DNA of 64,000 nucleotides. It comes from an uncultured Methylomirabilota bacterium (GTDB taxonomy: Bacteria > Methylomirabilota > Methylomirabilia > Methylomirabilales > 2-02-FULL-66-22). The stretch is taken from NCBI GenBank assembly GCA_963705305.1, contig OY970067.1, positions 736,001 through 800,000 of the forward strand, read 5' to 3'. Of the stretch, positions 58,853 through 64,000 are shown one piece after another. Position numbers and translations under genes: made by a program. The notes under the pieces were generated by a model. That model was not told the origin of the DNA. It worked only from the letters and a program-made list of their open reading frames with translations, and did not search any database. Each line of letters begins with the position of its first letter. The first letter of the stretch is position 1.

Positions 58853-59749
58853 TCAGTAGTCCTTGGGGTCCAGGAAGTCCCGCAGGCCGTCGCCGGCCAG
58901 GTTGAACGACAGGGCCAGAGAGAAAATGGCGAGCCCGGGCCACCAGGCCATCCAGGGGGCCTGCTCGAGGAACTGCTGGGCGGTGTTGAGCATGGTGCCC
59001 CAACTCGGGGCCGGCGGTTGTACCCCCAGTCCCAGGAATGACAGGATGGCCTCGGCGATGATGGCGCTGGGGATCGAGACGGTGGCCTGGACGAGGAGAA
59101 CGCTGAAGATGTTGGGAAGGATGTGCTGGAGCATCATGCGCAGGTCCCCGCCGCCCAGGGCGCGCGCGCTCTGGACATAATCCTCCGCCGCCGTGGACAG
59201 AACCAGGCCCCGCGTCAGCCGAATATAGGTGGGAGTGGCGGCCATCCCGATGGCCACGGTCGCGTTCAGCAGCGAGGCCCCCAGGATGGTGACGAGGCCG
59301 ATGGCCAGGATCAGGAACGGGAAGGACAGCCACGCGTCGGTCAGCCGCATGATCGCTTGATCGATAACGCCGCGGTAAAAGCCGGCCAGGAGGCCGATCG
59401 GGACGCCGAACGCGATGGCCAGGATGATGGAGAATACTCCCGCCTCCATCGAGATCCGCGCCCCCCAGATCACGCGCGAGTACACGTCCCGCCCCAGATC
59501 GTCCGTCCCGAAGGGGTGGGCGGCCGAGGGGGGCCTGCGGATTTGGCTCCAGTTGGTCTGGAGCGGGTCGGCCGTTGCGATCCACGGCGCGCCGATCGCC
59601 GTCACCAGGAACAGAAGCACGATCGCGGCGCCAACCAGTGCCGGGGGCCGCCGCAGGGCGCGGCGCCACGTGCGCCGCCGGCGGGAGGCGGGTGCGCCGG
59701 TCTCGCCGACGGTGTTCGCCTGTGGCCGTTTCCCACCCTCACGATCCAC
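58853..59749 (-). CDS. Peptide/nickel ABC permease (DppC-like)
   Basis: HPFGTDDLGRD, HILPN and EA.LSFLGLG motifs. Confidence 0.93.
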   Translation of the reverse strand: MDREGGKRPQANTVGETGAPASRRRRTWRRALRRPPALVGAAIVLLFLVTAIGAPWIATADPLQTNWSQIRRPPSAAHPFGTDDLGRDVYSRVIWGARISMEAGVFSIILAIAFGVPIGLLAGFYRGVIDQAIMRLTDAWLSFPFLILAIGLVTILGASLLNATVAIGMAATPTYIRLTRGLVLSTAAEDYVQSARALGGGDLRMMLQHILPNIFSVLLVQATVSIPSAIIAEAILSFLGLGVQPPAPSWGTMLNTAQQFLEQAPWMAWWPGLAIFSLALSFNLAGDGLRDFLDPKDY

Positions 59750-60701
59750 CGGCCGACCCCTTGACGCGAATCCGCGGGTTGAGCAGCGAGTAGGACACGT
59801 CCACCAGGAGGTTGATCAGGACATAGGCGCTGGCCGTGATCATGACGACTCCCTGAACCAGGGGGTAGTCCCGCGTGAACACCGCCTCCACGATGAGTCG
59901 CCCAAAGCCGGGGATGACGAAGATCTGCTCGGTGACCACGGCGCCCCCCATGAGGGCCCCCATCTGCAGCCCCAGGATGGTGACGATGGGGATGAGGCCG
60001 TTCCGCAGGGCGTGGCGGAACACGACCACCCGCGCTGCCAGCCCTTTGCTGTAGGCGGTCCGGACGTAATTTGCGCTCATGACGTTGATCATGCTGTTGC
60101 GGGTCTGGCGCATCAGCACGGCCGCCAGCGACGCGCCCAGGACGAAGGCGGGCATGAGCATCCGCTCCAAGTTGGCGAGGGGGTCCCGGAACACCGGGAC
60201 GAAGCCCGAGGCGGGCAGCAGGTGGAGCCGGACGGAGAGAAAGAGAATCAGCATGATCCCCAGCCAGAAGCTCGGGATGGAGACGCCGCACAGCGACACG
60301 GCGTTGGCCAACAGATCCCAGACCGTGTTGCGGCGCAGGGCCGAGAAGATCCCGGCCGGGATGGCGATCCCGACGGCGATCAGCAGGGAGAGACAGGCGA
60401 GCTCCATCGTAATGGGGAGCTTCATCGCCACCACGTTGACCACCGGCTCCCGCGTCCGGATCGACTCGCCCAGATCCCCCCGCAGGGCCAGGCGGAGCCA
60501 GTGCACGTACTGGACGGGGACGGGGTCGTCCAGCCCGTACTTCGCCCGGATCTCTTGCAGTCCGGCCTCGTCCGCATCCGTCCCTGCCATGACGCGGGCG
60601 GGATCCCCGGGGATCATGCGGACGCCCGTGAAGACGATGAGGGTGATCAGGAAGAGAGTGAGGACAGAGATCGCCAGCCGCCGAATCAGGAACTCGAGCA
60701 C
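59739..60701 (-). CDS. Peptide/nickel ABC permease (DppB-like)
   Basis: PGDPA, GDLGES, SKGL...HALRN and RDYP motifs. Confidence 0.93.
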   Translation of the reverse strand: MLEFLIRRLAISVLTLFLITLIVFTGVRMIPGDPARVMAGTDADEAGLQEIRAKYGLDDPVPVQYVHWLRLALRGDLGESIRTREPVVNVVAMKLPITMELACLSLLIAVGIAIPAGIFSALRRNTVWDLLANAVSLCGVSIPSFWLGIMLILFLSVRLHLLPASGFVPVFRDPLANLERMLMPAFVLGASLAAVLMRQTRNSMINVMSANYVRTAYSKGLAARVVVFRHALRNGLIPIVTILGLQMGALMGGAVVTEQIFVIPGFGRLIVEAVFTRDYPLVQGVVMITASAYVLINLLVDVSYSLLNPRIRVKGSAGGS

Positions 60702-60763
60702 GCATCATCCCCGATCCGGCGCCGCGTCCTCGGCGGACGCGGCGCCGGACCCGTTCCGGAAGG

Positions 60764-62323
60764 CTACTTCCAGGACACCCCTTTCAGGCGGATCAGGCCA
60801 TCCGGCACCGCGACGTAATGCTGCAGGTTCTTCGGGTAGGCCACGATGTAGTTCTGGTGGTACAGGTAGATCAGGTTGCGTCGGCTCAGAACCATCTTGT
60901 CGATGGCCTCCTTGTACAGGGCGGCACGCTGGGAGAAGTCGGTCACCTCCCGCGCCTTGTTGAGCAGGACGTTGATGTCCGGGTCGCAAGCGCCCGTGGT
61001 GTTCAGGCTACCGCCGCAGGTATGAAACTGGTGGATGTTCCCGTCCGGGTCTACTCGCCCGCTCCAGCCAATGAGGAAGGCCCGCAGATTGCCCGCGTCA
61101 TCGTCCTTGAGGGCCGAGGCGAACTCCTCCGGCTTGAGCGTGATATTGAACCCGGCCTCCTTGGCCATGCCCTGGATCACCTCTCCCACCCGCCGCTGTT
61201 GAGGATCGTTGACGATGGTCAAGTCAAAGCTGTAGCCGTTCGGCAGGCCGGCCTCGGCCAAGAGCTGCTTGGCCTTGGCCACGTCCCGGGTCGGGCACTT
61301 GCGGCTCTTGTCATAGAACGGGCTCACGGGGGAGATCGGCGTGCAGCCCGCCGTATACTGCCCGTCCCAGGCCACCTGATTCAGGGCGTCCCGATCGATG
61401 CTGAGATCCAGCGCCTCGCGCACCCGGGGGTCGTTGGCCAGGGGGGCCCCCAGGTCGGCGGGCGGCGTGTCTTTCCCATTCTTGTTGTGGAGGTTGATGG
61501 TGATGCTCTGGTAGGCGAGGCCGGTGACGCTCGACACCACGAACTGGCCCTCCTTGCGCAGGCTGCTCGCGTCCGTGGGCGCCACCAGGTGCATCATGTC
61601 GATGTCGCCCGAGCGCAGATTGGCCAGCCGGACATTGTCGTCGGGGATGATGCGGAAGATCAGCCGGTCGAACTTGGCCTGGCTGGGGTCGAAGTAGTAC
61701 TTGGATTTGACCAGGACGATTCGATCCTGGGGCACCCGCTCGGCAAAGGCCCAGGGGCCCACGCATACGGGCTGGGTCCCGAACTTCTCGCCCAGCTTTT
61801 TGGCCTGGGTGGGGGAGACCGGCATCCCCGCCCGGTCGGCCAGCGTCGCCACGATGGGGGAGAACGGCGCCTTCAGGCGGAGCCGCACTGTCAGGGGATC
61901 CACGACCTCGATGGCGCTCACCAGCTCCAGCTCGCTACGCCGGGCGGAGCCTTTCATGGTGAGGTGCCGGTCGAGCGAATAGCGGACCGCCTCGGCATCC
62001 ATGGAGGTGCCGTCGTTGAACTTCACCCCCTTGCGCAGCTTGATGATCACGGTCTTGCCGCCGTCGTTGAAGGTCGGCAGCTCGGCCGCCAGCTGGGGGA
62101 AGATCTTCAGGTGCTCGTCGACCTCGTACAGCTTCTCGCACATGTGCTCGTAGATGATCCGGCCCACGTAGGTTCGGGACAGGCTGGGATCCAGGATATC
62201 GGGGTCCTGGTTGAGCGCGACGACGAGGGTCGTCTTATGGGGTTGGGCAGCCCTCGCCGGCAGCGTCAGGGCAACGAGCAGTCCCACGAGAATGCACACC
62301 GTCAGGATCATTACCCGACGCAT
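60764..62323 (-). CDS. Peptide/nickel ABC substrate-binding protein (DppA-like)
   Basis: Signal peptide; LDP, LRKGVKFNDG, GPW and DPRVREAL motifs. Confidence 0.92.
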   Translation of the reverse strand: MRRVMILTVCILVGLLVALTLPARAAQPHKTTLVVALNQDPDILDPSLSRTYVGRIIYEHMCEKLYEVDEHLKIFPQLAAELPTFNDGGKTVIIKLRKGVKFNDGTSMDAEAVRYSLDRHLTMKGSARRSELELVSAIEVVDPLTVRLRLKAPFSPIVATLADRAGMPVSPTQAKKLGEKFGTQPVCVGPWAFAERVPQDRIVLVKSKYYFDPSQAKFDRLIFRIIPDDNVRLANLRSGDIDMMHLVAPTDASSLRKEGQFVVSSVTGLAYQSITINLHNKNGKDTPPADLGAPLANDPRVREALDLSIDRDALNQVAWDGQYTAGCTPISPVSPFYDKSRKCPTRDVAKAKQLLAEAGLPNGYSFDLTIVNDPQQRRVGEVIQGMAKEAGFNITLKPEEFASALKDDDAGNLRAFLIGWSGRVDPDGNIHQFHTCGGSLNTTGACDPDINVLLNKAREVTDFSQRAALYKEAIDKMVLSRRNLIYLYHQNYIVAYPKNLQHYVAVPDGLIRLKGVSWK

Positions 62324-62512
62324 GGCCGCTCCTCCCGGAGAATGGGTTGACCCCCAGGGCCGTCGGGGACGTCATAGTCGCGGGGGCAGCACGTGCTGGT
62401 CACACTGCATGCCTGCGGCGACTGCCCCCCATGGGGCAGTCGCCCGCGTTCGGGTCGCGAGCGCTCAAAGGCCGAAGGAGCATGGCGCAAGCAGAGAATC
62501 GGTGTCAAGTCA

Positions 62513-62603
62513 AAACCGCCGGCAAGAGGCCTCGGAAGGGGGAGGCCAGCTTCGAAATTCGAATTTCTTCTTTGGCGCCTGGGCGGTGAGATATGTTCGA
62601 AAT
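62513..62603. repeat. REP-like dispersed repeat
   Basis: AACCGCC ... TTCGAAATTCGAATTT ... TTTGGCGCCTGGGCGGTGAGA. Confidence 0.65.
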
Positions 62604-62607
62604 GGAG

Positions 62608-63795
62608 TCAGACCACGCCGAGCTCCCGCCCGACCTTTGCGAACTTCTCCAGGGCGAAGTCGAGGTCCGCATCCTCCAAGGCCGCCGACAGCTGGACGCG
62701 CACCCGTGCGGCGCCCTTCGGCACCACGGGGTACGAGAAGCCGATGACGTAGACTCCCTCTGCCAGCATCGCCTCGGCCACGCGCACCGCCAGGTGTGCG
62801 TCCCCCAGCATGACGGGCACGATGGGATGCTCGCCGGGGGTGATTCGGAACCCCGCCTGTGCCATCTCCTCGCGGAAGCGCCGCGTATGCCGCAGCAGGC
62901 GGGCCCGCAGCTCCGGTTGGGAGGCCACCAGCTCCAGCGCCTTCAGCGTGGTGGCGGCCACCACGGGGGCCAGACTGTTCGAGAAGAGGTAGGGACGCGA
63001 GCGCTGGCGCAGGGTGTCGATGATCTCCTGCCGGCCCGCCGTGTACCCTCCCGACGCCCCACCCAGGGCCTTGCCGAAAGTTCCGGTCAGGACGTCCACC
63101 CGTCCCTTCACTCCGCGGTATTCGGGAGTCCCGCGGCCGCCGGCCCCCAGGAAGCCCACGGCGTGCGAGTCGTCCACCATCACCAGCGCTCCGAATCGCT
63201 CGGCCAGGTCGCAGATCCCCCTCAGATCGGCAATGATGCCGTCCATGGAAAAGACACCGTCCGTGGCGACCAGCCGGAGGCGTGCGTCGGCCGCCTCGGC
63301 GAGCTTTGCCTCCAGATCCGCCATGTCGTTGTTCCGGTATCGGAGTCGCCGCGCCTTGCTGAGCCGGATCCCATCGATGATGCTGGCGTGGTTCAGCTCG
63401 TCGCTGATGACCGCGTCCTGCTCCGTGAGAAGCGCTTCGAAGAGGCCCCCGTTGGCGTCGAAGCAGGAGGAGTACAGGATGGCATCCTCCACCTCGAGAA
63501 ACTCGGCCAGGCGCCGCTCCAGCGTCCGATGCAGGGTCTGGGTGCCGCAGATGAACCGCACCGAAGAGAGGCCGTACCCCCAGCGGGCCAGGGCCGCCTG
63601 CGCCTCGGCAACCAGCTCGGGGTGTCCGGAGAGCCCCAGGTAGTTGTTGGCGCACAGGTTCAGAGCTCTGCGGCCGTCCTCCAGGACAATGGAGGCCCCC
63701 TGCGGCGAGGCGATCAGTCGCTCGACTTTGAACAGGCCGGCGGCGCGGATCTCCTCGAGCTGCCGGGTCAGGTATTCGCGTATCGCTTCGTCCAT
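62608..63795 (-). CDS. kbl: Glycine C-acetyltransferase (2-amino-3-ketobutyrate CoA ligase)
   Basis: [33 protein letters not shown] and GKALGG motifs. Confidence 0.96.
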   Translation of the reverse strand: MDEAIREYLTRQLEEIRAAGLFKVERLIASPQGASIVLEDGRRALNLCANNYLGLSGHPELVAEAQAALARWGYGLSSVRFICGTQTLHRTLERRLAEFLEVEDAILYSSCFDANGGLFEALLTEQDAVISDELNHASIIDGIRLSKARRLRYRNNDMADLEAKLAEAADARLRLVATDGVFSMDGIIADLRGICDLAERFGALVMVDDSHAVGFLGAGGRGTPEYRGVKGRVDVLTGTFGKALGGASGGYTAGRQEIIDTLRQRSRPYLFSNSLAPVVAATTLKALELVASQPELRARLLRHTRRFREEMAQAGFRITPGEHPIVPVMLGDAHLAVRVAEAMLAEGVYVIGFSYPVVPKGAARVRVQLSAALEDADLDFALEKFAKVGRELGVV

Positions 63796-63835
63796 GGGAA
63801 TCCCCCCACGCGCTGCTGCGGCGTCCGCTCCCTGA

Positions 63836-64000
63836 TCACAGCCACTCCAGGAGCACCTTCCCGCAGCTGCCGGTGCGCATCACCTCGAAGGCGTCCTCGA
63901 AGCGCTCTGCGGGAAACCGATGGGTCAGCACCGGCCTGACGTCCAGGCCGCTCTGCAGCATCATGGTCATCTTGTACCACGTCTCGTACATCTCGCGGCC
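63836..64000 (-). CDS. tdh: L-threonine 3-dehydrogenase, C-terminal part (runs off the window)
   Basis: [11 protein letters not shown]...THRF...GKVLLEW*, directly upstream of kbl. Confidence 0.9.
   Translation of the reverse strand, partial: GREMYETWYKMTMMLQSGLDVRPVLTHRFPAERFEDAFEVMRTGSCGKVLLEWL

Noticed and set aside
1..64000. CRISPR array, rRNA or tRNA genes
   Set aside because: No regularly spaced repeat-spacer series and no recognisable rRNA or cloverleaf sequence seen

Overview
High-GC bacterial chromosomal segment with no rRNA, tRNA or CRISPR array visible. The gene style suggests Methylomirabilota/Rokubacteria or a similar uncultured lineage, which is inference only. The window is dominated by catabolic clusters: a GntR-controlled sugar ABC/dehydrogenase/lactonase operon, two tungsten-type aldehyde:ferredoxin oxidoreductase operons, TRAP and peptide-type ABC transporters each paired with a URO-D-family gene, panB, zwf, dhaKL, a split transketolase, a Thermotoga-like iolM-iolN-iolO inositol cluster, uronate isomerase, fabF with an acyl-CoA ligase, and kbl-tdh. 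Mobile DNA comprises an intact IS1380-family element, one near-complete and two truncated RAYT-like HUH (Y1) transposases, a TA module, a MITE and dispersed REP-like repeats. The most unusual signals are non-coding. (1) A GCAACGTCCCCTA end motif forms perfect 16-bp inverted repeats around the RAYT gene, 'stutters' into tandem partial copies, and recurs at junctions between cargo genes in the 30-38 kb accessory region. (2) A promoter plus structured-leader module occurs four times upstream of unrelated genes. (3) A dhaKL operon is collapsed to about 280 bp by internal deletions.
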